From Oceanispirochaeta sp. (GTDB lineage: Bacteria > Spirochaetota > Spirochaetia > DSM-2461), in the NCBI GenBank assembly GCA_963666275.2, contig CAXXOA010000002.1, forward strand, positions 1,088,001-1,152,000: 64,000 nucleotides of DNA, read 5' to 3'. Below the pieces are notes generated by a model. It did no database searches. It saw nothing but the letters and a program-made list of their open reading frames with translations, and was not told where the DNA came from. The translations under genes were made by a program, and so were the position numbers. Every line of letters starts with the position of its first letter. The first letter of the stretch is position 1. Positions 30,138-39,728 of the stretch are shown one piece after another.

Positions 30138-31268
30138 ATGGATATTACAAGCTTTTATCTACCAGTAAAAATACTGGAAGGTCCCGGGTCTTCCCGGCAG
30201 ATCGCCGATCATCTGGGCAGGGGGAAAACCCTTCTTGTCACAGATAAGGGCCTTGTTTCGGCAGGTCTTGCGGGCACCATGGCCTCGACTATGCAGTCCT
30301 CGGGGCTGGAAACTGAGATCTATGACGATGTGCTTCCCGATCCGGACGAAGCCATGGTCATGAAACTGGTGGAAGTTCTGAGAAAAGAGTCGTTCCGGCA
30401 GGTTGTGGCTCTGGGCGGAGGCAGTGTCATCGACACGGCCAAAGCCGCCTGCTGTCTGGCTGTGAATGAAGGCCCTATGGAGGCGTATCAGTGGGATAAC
30501 AGGATCTTTGAAAATCCCCCCCTGCCTCTGGCTGCTGTTCCCACCACATCCGGGACGGGCAGTGAAGTTTCCGGTGTGGCTGTTATCGGCAGCCGGAATA
30601 CCAAAAAGGGGATCAAGCAGGACGCCATCTTTCCGAAACTGGCAGTGATAGATCCCGAGCTGATGACAGGGCTTCCTCCTTTTCTGACTGCCATAACAGG
30701 AATGGATGCGCTGACTCACGGGATAGAAGCCTATACGGGCAAGAACCGGAATCCCCTGATCCTGAGCCTGGCGGAATCTGCCATTAAACTGACTGTCAGC
30801 GCCCTGTCCGAAGCGGTTCATAACGGATCGGATATCCAGGCCCGCTGGGATATGGCCAAAGCTGCCATGATGGCGGGAATCGCCATGGATCTGGGAGGAC
30901 TCGGTATTGTTCACTCTATTTCCGCTCCCTTCTGTACGGCCCTGCATGTCTCCCATGGCCTGGGAAACACATTCCTTCTGCCCTATGCTCTGGAATTCAA
31001 TATTGCCGGAAACGAAGAACTTTATGATGATCTGGCCCGACTTCTGGGAGGAAGCTCTCACAGGGACTGTATCCCTGCCATTCTGAACTGGCAGAAAGAG
31101 CTGGGACTGGAAGAGGCTCTGGGAAAAGTCCGGGATCAGCTGGCCTCTGAGGGAGACCTTGAGATGATCGGAAAAATCGGTTCGGGAATGTTTCTTATGA
31201 AGAATAATGTAAAACCCGCTTCTCCCGGGGAGTGTACGGCTCTTCTGAAAAAAGCCGCAGGCCTTTAA
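30138..31268 (+). CDS. iron-containing alcohol dehydrogenase
   Basis: GGGSVIDTAK, PTTSGTGSE, DALTHGIE, H...SHG metal ligands. Confidence 0.92.
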   Translation: MDITSFYLPVKILEGPGSSRQIADHLGRGKTLLVTDKGLVSAGLAGTMASTMQSSGLETEIYDDVLPDPDEAMVMKLVEVLRKESFRQVVALGGGSVIDTAKAACCLAVNEGPMEAYQWDNRIFENPPLPLAAVPTTSGTGSEVSGVAVIGSRNTKKGIKQDAIFPKLAVIDPELMTGLPPFLTAITGMDALTHGIEAYTGKNRNPLILSLAESAIKLTVSALSEAVHNGSDIQARWDMAKAAMMAGIAMDLGGLGIVHSISAPFCTALHVSHGLGNTFLLPYALEFNIAGNEELYDDLARLLGGSSHRDCIPAILNWQKELGLEEALGKVRDQLASEGDLEMIGKIGSGMFLMKNNVKPASPGECTALLKKAAGL

Positions 31269-31864
31269 GGCTCCTCAATCAGCTCTTCCCCTGCCCAGGA
31301 CTTCAGCCTGTCAGAGCTGATCCCCAGGGATTTCAGTATCCTTGCGGAGATCTGCTGGAGCAGATCGTCGATGGTTTCCGGGTTGTGATAAAACGAAGGG
31401 ATCGGCGGGAGTATAACAGCTCCCGCATCGGTCAGATTCAGCATGTTTGTCAGATGTATTCTATTGAAAGGGGCTTCCCGGGGAACAAGGACCAGAGACC
31501 TTTTCTCTTTGAGTGAAACGTCCGCAGCTCTCTCTATGAGATTCCGGGATATTCCGGCGGAAATCCCACCCAGAGTTCCCATGGAGCAGGGGGCAATGAT
31601 CATGCCGTCATAGAAGGAGGATCCGCTGGCAAGAACGGAGGCCATATTATTCCACTGTTCCCGGAGGATCTTCCCCCTCTGGCCTTTGAGCCAGTTTTCC
31701 CAGGATATTCCGGTTTCGTGTATAGCCACCTGATCAGCCCAGTTGGATATGATCAGACTGATTTCCGCCTCCCGGTCCTGCAGGTCTGTTATAAGCTGCC
31801 GGGCAATAGCCGTTCCCGAAGCGCCGGTTATGCCCAGAATAATTTTTTTCGGTTTCTGTATCAT
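31265..31864 (-). CDS. ubiX: flavin prenyltransferase
   Basis: GITGASG, ASGS, APCSMGTL, RAADVSLKEKRSLVLVPREAP, PSFYHNP. Confidence 0.93.
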   Translation of the reverse strand: MIQKPKKIILGITGASGTAIARQLITDLQDREAEISLIISNWADQVAIHETGISWENWLKGQRGKILREQWNNMASVLASGSSFYDGMIIAPCSMGTLGGISAGISRNLIERAADVSLKEKRSLVLVPREAPFNRIHLTNMLNLTDAGAVILPPIPSFYHNPETIDDLLQQISARILKSLGISSDRLKSWAGEELIEEP

Positions 31865-31960
31865 AGCTTGAATTGTAATGATAATCCGGGGAAACTGAAA
31901 GAGGGATGCCCTGTTTGTAACAGGTCCCTGTTTGTGGTAGTTTAGTTCTCAGGAGAGTAT

Positions 31961-32698
31961 ATGGCGTCCAGAATACAGGTCGGAGCATCACGTACAGAGC
32001 TCGTTAAAGCAGAGATTCTCAATATTATAAAGGAACAGAATCCCCGGTTGAAAAAGCTTCCTTCCGAAGGGGATCTGTCCCGCATTCTGGGAGTCAGCAT
32101 CTCCACCATACGGGAAGCTCTCAGACTCCTCAATAAAGAGGGGTTTATAACCAAAAAACACGGATCAGGGAACTATATCCACTGGAGCGCCCTGGATTGT
32201 CCCATGCGGATAGATCTTATCTTCGATTTCCGGCAGCTCATGGCGGACAGCGGAAACCCAGTCTCGGAAATTACAGAGCGAATGAGGGAAGTGAAGTCGG
32301 GATATCTGGAAAAAGAGACCCTCAGCCTGCCTGAGGGGAGTGACATCCTTGAATATACAAGAACCTATGTTTCCTTTGCGGGAACAGGAATCCTCTCAGT
32401 GAGCAGTGTTCCCCGGGATCTTGTAAAAAGAGACGGACTGGACAGAGATTCTTTTGCCACTCTGGGAGATTTTATCTGGCAGAGCTGCGGCAGGGAGGTG
32501 GCCCACTCTCTGTGCACATTTATTCCTGTCATCTCTGATGAAGAGCTGAACAGTGTTTTCGGCTTTCATGAAAACAAGGCACTGATCCAGTGGCAGGAGA
32601 TCTTCTATGATCAGGAGGATGATCCTGTCCTTACCACAAAAGTGTACTTCAATCCGGATCTGATCATTATGAGTCTTTTACGCAAACAGGATCACTGA
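31961..32698 (+). CDS. GntR-family (HutC/UTRA-type) transcriptional regulator 2
   Basis: LPSEGDLSRILGVSISTIREAL...HGSG wHTH; C-terminus resembles the GntR at 19582 (FNP motif). Confidence 0.87.
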   Translation: MASRIQVGASRTELVKAEILNIIKEQNPRLKKLPSEGDLSRILGVSISTIREALRLLNKEGFITKKHGSGNYIHWSALDCPMRIDLIFDFRQLMADSGNPVSEITERMREVKSGYLEKETLSLPEGSDILEYTRTYVSFAGTGILSVSSVPRDLVKRDGLDRDSFATLGDFIWQSCGREVAHSLCTFIPVISDEELNSVFGFHENKALIQWQEIFYDQEDDPVLTTKVYFNPDLIIMSLLRKQDH

Positions 32699-32724
32699 AG
32701 CCGGACCCCGGAGGAAGAGATCCC

Positions 32725-33570
32725 TTAAACATCATTCAGTCTGTTCAGCAGGGTTTCCTTTGTTTCATCAAGGCTGCTGATCGTTTCAGGAGAGCCGCAT
32801 ACGGCAAGGACTGTGAACAGGACATCCGCCAGGTACATAAGAGACAGGCGGGACTCTGTCGTCCCCGTATAGGCATAGATATCCAGATAGCTCCCGATCA
32901 GAGTGTAATCTGATAACAGGGCCAGAGGGGATTCCTCATTGTTGGTCATACAGACTATCGTCGCCTGATTCTTTTTTGCCTTTTCGGCCATCTCGATCAT
33001 ATCCCTGTCGTATCCCGAAAATGAGAGGAACCAGGCTATGTCATTCCTTTTCAGATTGTTGGCTGATATCTGCTGGAAAACAAGATCTGTCTGGAAAATC
33101 GATTCTATCCCCAGCCGGGAAAATTTATTCAGCAGGTCAAGTGCGACCACAGAGGATCCTCCGACACTGAAAAGCTGTATCTTCTTTTTGCTGAGGATTA
33201 AATTCACAAGCTTGTCCAGCTGAAGGGGATCCAGCTGGTTCAGGGTTTTTTCAAGGGCACTGCACTCTTTTGAAAAAATTTTGGCAGCAATCCCCATGGT
33301 TGAGTCATCAGCGCTGACTCCCTCCTGCAGCAGGGAGTAGCTGGCGGCGACCTGATGGGCCACCGCAAAGGAGAAAGCTCTGAAATTCTCATATCCCAGT
33401 TTTCTGCAGAACCGGGAGATGGTGGATTTACTGGCGCCGGTTATTTTCGACATGTTTACGATGGAAATATTTTCAATGTCCTCCAGGTTGGCGAGAACAT
33501 AATCTTTCAGACTTTTTTCAGTTTTTGAAAAAGTATTCTTTTTATCCTCCAGTTTCGCTAGTAAATCCAT
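32725..33570 (-). CDS. RpiR/MurR-family transcriptional regulator
   Basis: SKSTISRFCRKLGY HTH plus SIS domain (GGSSVVA, SFSG, SPLA). Confidence 0.92.
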   Translation of the reverse strand: MDLLAKLEDKKNTFSKTEKSLKDYVLANLEDIENISIVNMSKITGASKSTISRFCRKLGYENFRAFSFAVAHQVAASYSLLQEGVSADDSTMGIAAKIFSKECSALEKTLNQLDPLQLDKLVNLILSKKKIQLFSVGGSSVVALDLLNKFSRLGIESIFQTDLVFQQISANNLKRNDIAWFLSFSGYDRDMIEMAEKAKKNQATIVCMTNNEESPLALLSDYTLIGSYLDIYAYTGTTESRLSLMYLADVLFTVLAVCGSPETISSLDETKETLLNRLNDV

Positions 33571-33591
33571 AGTGTTCTCAGAGCCCTCTCT

Positions 33592-34212
33592 TTATTGTTT
33601 TGATTCGAAAATCCTCTTCCCTTCATTGTAGATCAGCGTGGTTTCGGCAAGTTTTTTCACCAGGGAGCTCACGGTTTCAAATCCGATTGTATCATCTTCC
33701 TGCTGCAGATCCTTGATATCTCTGGACCATACTTTTCCGCCGATATACCCTCTTTCCTCATTGCTCACAACGTTGAATCCTCTTGTCATAAGCAGATGAA
33801 GAATGGTGTTCAGAGCTGATTCCTGGCCACCGTTTCTTGTGCCGCCCACAGTAAAGCCCGCTCCCAGTTTATTCCGCAGGACTCCCGGTTTCATTACACC
33901 AACAGGCCTGAGCCGGGAAAAAAACGCCATAAGCTGAGGCGTGATGGTGTGCACATAAACAGGGCTTCCTATCAGAACCGCATCAGCGGTAATAAAAGAA
34001 TCGATAAGGCTCTGCATATCGTCCTTGAAAATACACCATGATTTGTTTTTTCTACAAGATCCGCATCCGTTGCAGGGGGCTATTTTTTTACCGCGCAATG
34101 AAATTATCTCAGTTTCAATGTCTTCGCCTGCTACTTCAGAAAGGGCGTTTTCAAGTATGTTAAGTGTGGCTCCCTTTCTGGGACTTCCTGATAATCCTAA
34201 AATTCTGATCAT
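33592..34212 (-). CDS. iron-sulfur flavoprotein (Isf)-like protein 2
   Basis: GSPRKG, CNGCGSCRKNKSWC, GSPVY, GGTRNGGQE. Confidence 0.88.
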   Translation of the reverse strand: MIRILGLSGSPRKGATLNILENALSEVAGEDIETEIISLRGKKIAPCNGCGSCRKNKSWCIFKDDMQSLIDSFITADAVLIGSPVYVHTITPQLMAFFSRLRPVGVMKPGVLRNKLGAGFTVGGTRNGGQESALNTILHLLMTRGFNVVSNEERGYIGGKVWSRDIKDLQQEDDTIGFETVSSLVKKLAETTLIYNEGKRIFESKQ

Positions 34213-34264
34213 ATCTTAATCCTTTGTTCTCTTACTCTGAAATGGAAACAGGTCTCCCTGAATC

Positions 34265-35602
34265 TCACTGTTTAAGGAAAGCATCCAGATCCACAGCGGG
34301 ATAGGTGACTCTTCTGTAATCATCTTTTATCTTAAGGTCAATGGTCGCATCGATGGCGAATTTTGTCTGCATTCCCTCTTCGTCGGTGGTGGGGTCATTT
34401 TCCATTCCCTGGGCATAGGGAACCGTCACAATGTCCTTATTCGCATCCACCCGGGTGGACATGGCCCATAGGATGTCAGCGGGAAGATAGATGTTCACAT
34501 CAGGGTCCACAACCACAGCAATTTTGATATTCACATGGGTCATCAGAGCCGCCATGGCCACATTCTTGGGTTCTCCCGAATTGGTTTTGCTCAGAGCCAC
34601 AATCGCCATAAATCCCCCTGTGTAGGGTGTGAGGTGAACATCGGTCACATTGGGAGACACATGGGAAACCATCCTTTTCAGCATGGGTTCACGGGACAGC
34701 ACGTTTCCTACATTTATATGCTCATTGGAGGCGGGAATAATCGTCTGATAGATTGGATTATTCCGATAACAGATGGAAGTCACCTCTATCACAGGCATAT
34801 ACTGATGCTCTCCATAGTGTCCTGTAAACTCGGCAAGAGGGCCTTCGTCTTCCCACTCTTTTATCTTGACAAATCCTTCCACCAGAATCTCCGTATCGGC
34901 GGGAACATTGATATCCACAGCGTTGCCTCGGGCCACTTTCAGGGGTTCCCCGTTCAGGGCTCCCGCCAGGTAGGCTTCATCCTCTTCAATGCGGAATCCA
35001 GTAGAGATTTCCACTGCCGGATCCACGCCGATGGCAATGGCTATGGGCATATCTTCCCCTTTTGCCTCATACTTTTTAAAATTCTGATAGATATGCCTCC
35101 ACTCGTTCATCATCAGTCCCAGTTTCCGGGGGCCCTTGACCTGCAGTCGGTTGAAGGAAAAGTTCTGCCTTCCCGTTTCGGGATCTTTGGAGACTATAAT
35201 CCCTCCGGTTATATAGGGGCCTGCATCGCCGGAATTGTGATGGGGAATGGGAAGCTGTTCCAGGAGATTGATATCCTCTCCGCTTATGATGTTCTCCAGG
35301 AACGGGGGATTTTCCACAACTTCCGGAGCCATCAGTCTGCCCAGTGCCTCATCTACTTTCTGATTTATCTCCTGTTCTGTACAGTCCAGAGCCAGGGCAA
35401 TGCGCTTCATATGACCCAGTACTCCGCCGACGATGGGAATCCCCGAAGGATTGTCCGTATTGGTAAACAGTCCGGCTGGTCTTCCTTCTTTTTCCATGGC
35501 ATTTTCAATTGCCGCGAATTCAAAATCCAGTTTCACTTTTTTATCAATTTCAATCAATTGACCGTTCTGTTTCAGTTTTTCTAAAAATTGTCTCAGTTCC
35601 AT
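34265..35602 (-). CDS. UbiD-family prFMN-dependent (de)carboxylase 2
   Basis: LPIP..DAGPYIT, NFSFNRL, EGPLAEFTGHYG, VVVDPDVNI, AIDAT. Confidence 0.92.
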   Translation of the reverse strand: MELRQFLEKLKQNGQLIEIDKKVKLDFEFAAIENAMEKEGRPAGLFTNTDNPSGIPIVGGVLGHMKRIALALDCTEQEINQKVDEALGRLMAPEVVENPPFLENIISGEDINLLEQLPIPHHNSGDAGPYITGGIIVSKDPETGRQNFSFNRLQVKGPRKLGLMMNEWRHIYQNFKKYEAKGEDMPIAIAIGVDPAVEISTGFRIEEDEAYLAGALNGEPLKVARGNAVDINVPADTEILVEGFVKIKEWEDEGPLAEFTGHYGEHQYMPVIEVTSICYRNNPIYQTIIPASNEHINVGNVLSREPMLKRMVSHVSPNVTDVHLTPYTGGFMAIVALSKTNSGEPKNVAMAALMTHVNIKIAVVVDPDVNIYLPADILWAMSTRVDANKDIVTVPYAQGMENDPTTDEEGMQTKFAIDATIDLKIKDDYRRVTYPAVDLDAFLKQ

Positions 35603-35715
35603 ATATTCTCCGGAAATTTTATGATCCTCGGAGATCTTAAGAAAAGATCTCTGGGGGTTGAGCGGACCCGGCAGCCCCGGGAAGGGGGCCGGGATTTTTT
35701 TTGTGAGCAGGTCTC

Positions 35716-36522
35716 CTATTTAAGGATTCCCTCTTTGACAAAGGTATGCCTGATATCGGTGGCATGCTTCTGGAACAGGGGTGTATCCTGGATGCTTAGA
35801 TCTCTCGGCCGTTTCAGGTCGTCCAGTTCTTTGGTATAGAGCACTCTTCCCGGCCGTTTTGACATTACCAGGACTCTGTCCGCAAGGAACACGGCCTCGT
35901 AGATGTTATGGGTTATGAAAAGCACCGTATTGCAGTTCTTCTGCCATATCTTTACAAGGTCGGCAGTCATCTGTTCCCGGGTCAGCGAGTCAAGAGCACC
36001 GAAGGGCTCGTCCATCAGGAGCAGGGGCGGGCGGGTAATCAGGGCCCGGCAGATGGATACACGCTGCCGCATTCCTCCTGAAAGTTCATAGGGGTATCTG
36101 TTTTCAAACCCCGCCAGCCCGGCCATTTCAAGGAGTTCCATGGCCCTGTCCCTGTATTTTTCAACGGGTCCCAGCTTTTTGATCTCTATAGGGAGCAGGA
36201 CATTCTCTATCACAGAGCGCCAGTCCATCAGGAAGTCCTGCTGAAAAACAAATCCAATATCTGTGTAGGGTTTCTCCACCAGCTGATCGGCTATTCTGAT
36301 CTCTCCGGTGGAACTCTTTAAAAGTCCGCTGATAAGCATCAGCAGCGTACTCTTTCCACAGCCGCTGGGACCAACTATGGACAGGAACTCTCCGGCCTTT
36401 ATATCCAGGGAAAATTCCTCCAGCGCCTGAAGGGGGCCATCGGACGTTTCATACACTTTGGTAACACCTGATATTTTTATGGGAAGGCCCTTTGCTGAGC
36501 CGTTGTTTTCAAATTCACTCAC
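35716..36522 (-). CDS. NitT/TauT-family ABC transporter ATP-binding protein
   Basis: [33 protein letters not shown] start at 36522 inferred from an AGAGGAGA RBS. Confidence 0.92.
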   Translation of the reverse strand: MSEFENNGSAKGLPIKISGVTKVYETSDGPLQALEEFSLDIKAGEFLSIVGPSGCGKSTLLMLISGLLKSSTGEIRIADQLVEKPYTDIGFVFQQDFLMDWRSVIENVLLPIEIKKLGPVEKYRDRAMELLEMAGLAGFENRYPYELSGGMRQRVSICRALITRPPLLLMDEPFGALDSLTREQMTADLVKIWQKNCNTVLFITHNIYEAVFLADRVLVMSKRPGRVLYTKELDDLKRPRDLSIQDTPLFQKHATDIRHTFVKEGILK

Positions 36523-36565
36523 AGTTCTCTCCTCTCTGCTTTTATATTCTTTGCCATTGCCTCTG

Positions 36566-37402
36566 TTACTCTTTGCGGTTGGGGTCACCTTTGATACACA
36601 CTTTTTCAATCAGGTTCACCACATTAAAAAGGACAATTCCCATGAGGGAAAGGATTATAAGGATCGCAAATACCATCGGGGTATCAAGATTGCCTCCGGC
36701 TACAACCTGGTAGTATCCCAGACCTTTGTTGGCGGCAACGTATTCTCCCACAACAGCTCCGACCACCGAAAGGGTTATACCGACTTTCAGTCCCGCAAAG
36801 ATATTGGGAAGAGCCTGGGGAACCCTGAATTTCCAGAACTGCTGCATTCCAGAAGCACCCAGGGAACGGGCCAGGTAGAGCATCTCCCTGCTTATGGATT
36901 TCAGACCGATGACGGAGTTGACAATAATAGGGAAAAAACACACAAGAAAGGCAACCATCAGGGTCGGGATAATACTGAATCCGAACCAGGCTACAAGGAT
37001 AGGAGCCAGGGCCACTTTGGGAATCGCCTGAGCGGAAACCAGCAGAGCGTAGGCAGTCTTTTCAAACAGGGGAACATAGACAATCAATATGGCCAGAGGA
37101 AAACCGACGCCCATGGCAATCAGGAATCCGAGAAGCACTTCGTAAAGGGTCACCCAGCTGTGTCCGGCCAGAACCCGCCAGTTTTCGGCAACAGTTTTCA
37201 ATATTACCGAAGGGGCGGGAATCAGATAGATCGGTGCATCCAGAATCCTGACAAGAAACTCCCACAGAACTATCAGGAAAACAACTGAGAAGATAGTATA
37301 CATATTATTCGTGAAAAAAGAGAGACACACTCTCTCCTTCTTTTTTGTGCCCGCTTTACTTCTCTTTTCCGCGGGACCACTATTTCCCAATATTTCTGCC
37401 AT
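36566..37402 (-). CDS. NitT/TauT-family ABC transporter permease
   Basis: IPAPS, QAIPKVALAPIL, FFPI, ARSLGAS, ALPNIFAGLK, GLG. Confidence 0.9.
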   Translation of the reverse strand: MAEILGNSGPAEKRSKAGTKKKERVCLSFFTNNMYTIFSVVFLIVLWEFLVRILDAPIYLIPAPSVILKTVAENWRVLAGHSWVTLYEVLLGFLIAMGVGFPLAILIVYVPLFEKTAYALLVSAQAIPKVALAPILVAWFGFSIIPTLMVAFLVCFFPIIVNSVIGLKSISREMLYLARSLGASGMQQFWKFRVPQALPNIFAGLKVGITLSVVGAVVGEYVAANKGLGYYQVVAGGNLDTPMVFAILIILSLMGIVLFNVVNLIEKVCIKGDPNRKE

Positions 37403-37495
37403 AAAGAACATCACCTCTAATATTTAATTAAGTTATGGAGACCCGGCGGTTTTCCACCGGGACTCCTGTATAGTTTTCAGAAAACTCAGATTGTA

Positions 37496-38542
37496 TTACT
37501 CATCAATAAATGCATTTGTATAGTATTCGCCAACGGGTTCACGGGAATCCAGAGCTCCGTTGTCATACATGATAGCGATAGTACGTTCGAGACTGTCTTC
37601 TGATATCCATCCGTAGGGTTTCCCTTCTGTCTCTTCGGTGCTGAACAGCTCGATGGTTCTGGCTACCTGATTCCTTGTAATTTCCTTATTGAGTTTATCA
37701 GGGAAGAGTGAGTACATAAGGTCAGCCGCTTCCTCGGGATGAGCCACGGTATATTCTGCTCCTCTCCGTACAGCTCTGTTGACAGCGGCGACAATTTCGG
37801 GATTCTCTTCAATGTATTTATCCGAAGCAACCAGTCCGTGAGCCATCATGTTGAAACCGAAGTCTCCAATGAAGAAATAATTGAAATCTTTTCCGGTTTT
37901 GGCTTCCAGAGTCGCCAGGTCATTGGTTGAGTAACCGGCCATCATCTCAACATTACCGTTCAGGAAGGCGGCCGTTTTGGCGCCCCAGTCGGCTATGATC
38001 AGATTGACACTGTCGGTATCCACTCCGTTATAGCTCAGAAAGGCATCCAGAATCATCTGCATGGATCCACCAGCTGTATCCACAATGGTTTTACCAGCCA
38101 TATCTGCAGGGGTCTCCAGTTTTACTTCCGGCAGGGCCATAACAACCTGGGGCAGCTTCTGCAAATAGCATGATGTCATTTTGATCTTCATCCCTTTGGA
38201 ACGGGCAACAATAGCGTCATCGGCGGCAAGATAGGAAAACTGGTCGTCTCCTGATACAAGCAGCTGAGCCGGAGTGGCTTTTTCCGAACCTTCAAGGATG
38301 GTTATGTCGATACCTTCTTCGGCAAAATATCCCAGCTCCTGGGCTACAAAAAGATGGGCGTATTCCCCTTTGATGAGCCAGCTGAGCCTTAGATTAACGG
38401 GGGTGAGTCCGTTTTCTCCTGCTGTACTGTCATCCGATGATCCATTGGCAAAACAGAATGTTGAAGCACCCGTCGCCATCAGTAAAACCATTCCAATCTT
38501 CCAGAATCCCTTAAGAACTCTGTTCCCGTTTAAAATACTCAT
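37496..38542 (-). CDS. NMT1/THI5-like (NitT/TauT) ABC substrate-binding protein
   Basis: Signal peptide; LRLSW, FVAQELGYFAEEGID, HGLVAS..I.ENPE, HPEEAA, YYTNAFI. Confidence 0.85.
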   Translation of the reverse strand: MSILNGNRVLKGFWKIGMVLLMATGASTFCFANGSSDDSTAGENGLTPVNLRLSWLIKGEYAHLFVAQELGYFAEEGIDITILEGSEKATPAQLLVSGDDQFSYLAADDAIVARSKGMKIKMTSCYLQKLPQVVMALPEVKLETPADMAGKTIVDTAGGSMQMILDAFLSYNGVDTDSVNLIIADWGAKTAAFLNGNVEMMAGYSTNDLATLEAKTGKDFNYFFIGDFGFNMMAHGLVASDKYIEENPEIVAAVNRAVRRGAEYTVAHPEEAADLMYSLFPDKLNKEITRNQVARTIELFSTEETEGKPYGWISEDSLERTIAIMYDNGALDSREPVGEYYTNAFIDE

Positions 38543-39029
38543 GTAAGCCTCCTAAGCCTTTTTGGAATAAGTGGGTTGTTTTAGTCACCCACTCATCCGA
38601 TCAATTTGAAATTTTGAATTTTCTTCCCCAAAGAATTTACTTTCTTCGCTAGCTAACAATTTTTTTATATCATGAGGCCAACTATTGATCTATAAAATAA
38701 AAACTAATTTCATAAAATAAATTAAAATGAAAATATGTTCCAATTTCTGATTGACCCTGCATCATGATTCCGATAATAATTATTTTTATAGAAAATATTT
38801 CGTCGCTAGCTAATTTTCTATATTTAATAAATACTTATTATGTATGTATATAATGATTTATTTATCCAGAGGGTCTTGACGCAGATCGGACTCTGAAGAT
38901 TCTTTTTTTCAATGGATTCCCTCCTTCGCTAAAGGCGGATCCTTCGGAAATCCCACGGGGAAAAAGAGCGGAGATATTATTTGAAACTACAAATATGTAT
39001 GAAACTGAGCTGGTTGTAAGGAGAAGAGT

Positions 39030-39236
39030 ATGCCGGTTGTTAATGTTATGTTATGGGAAGGCAGAACTGTCGAACAGAAGAGAGAATTGGCTGCTTCAAT
39101 CACAGAGAGTGTGGTTGAAATCGGCAAATGTCCCAGAGAGAGTGTGGTTGTAACCTTCAGTGATTTTCAGAAATCAGACTGGGCTGAAGGAGGTTACCTG
39201 GCAATAGATAAGGTCAGATATCCGAAAGAAGATTAA
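39030..39236 (+). CDS. 4-oxalocrotonate tautomerase-family protein
   Basis: Met-Pro start (catalytic Pro1), EGRTVEQKREL, W..GG; 68 aa; AAGGAG RBS. Confidence 0.9.
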   Translation: MPVVNVMLWEGRTVEQKRELAASITESVVEIGKCPRESVVVTFSDFQKSDWAEGGYLAIDKVRYPKED

Positions 39237-39296
39237 TCTTTTTATTCAGAAAAAAAATTACATAGAATGAATCCTATTCAGGATCAGGAGGAAATT

Positions 39297-39704
39297 ATGA
39301 GTACACAGCATACAATTCTTGTTCAGGGGGCCGTCTTTTATGCCTACCACGGGGCAACCCCGGAACAGATTAAACAGGGACAGCGCTTTATTATCGATGC
39401 CGAAGTCAGTTCGGACATGAGCAAGGCCTGTCAGGATGATTCGGTGGAAGGGATTGTGAATTACCCTGAAATTTTCAAAATCATTGAAGATATCACGACC
39501 AATGAAAGATTCAATCTCATGCAGAAACTGGCATTGAGGATTATTGAAAAAATTAAAAGTGATTTCCCCGATGTCAGCAGAATCAGTCTTTCCGCCAGAA
39601 AAGCCATGTGTCCTTTCTACCGTGACTGCAAAACAGTACCGGGCGGAGGCGGTTTTATTACAGATAACGGCGGATGCGGCGTGACTCTGGTTCGGAATTT
39701 CTAA
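39297..39704 (+). CDS. folB: dihydroneopterin aldolase (FolB)-like T-fold protein 1, divergent active site
   Basis: FYAYHG...GQRFIID, VNY, FNLMQKLA, ARK; start ATG 39297 after AGGAGG. Confidence 0.82.
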   Translation: MSTQHTILVQGAVFYAYHGATPEQIKQGQRFIIDAEVSSDMSKACQDDSVEGIVNYPEIFKIIEDITTNERFNLMQKLALRIIEKIKSDFPDVSRISLSARKAMCPFYRDCKTVPGGGGFITDNGGCGVTLVRNF

Positions 39705-39728
39705 TCAAATATAGAGGGGAAATAGAAT

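Noticed and set aside
27266..31864. Ubiquinone/menaquinone biosynthesis role for UbiD/UbiX
   Set aside because: No prenyltransferase (UbiA) or mqn genes; the context is transport and catabolism
35660..35702. GC hairpin with T-run between the ABC ATPase and ubiD-2
   Set aside because: The T-run is on the strand opposite the operon and the function is unclear, so it is not called as a terminator
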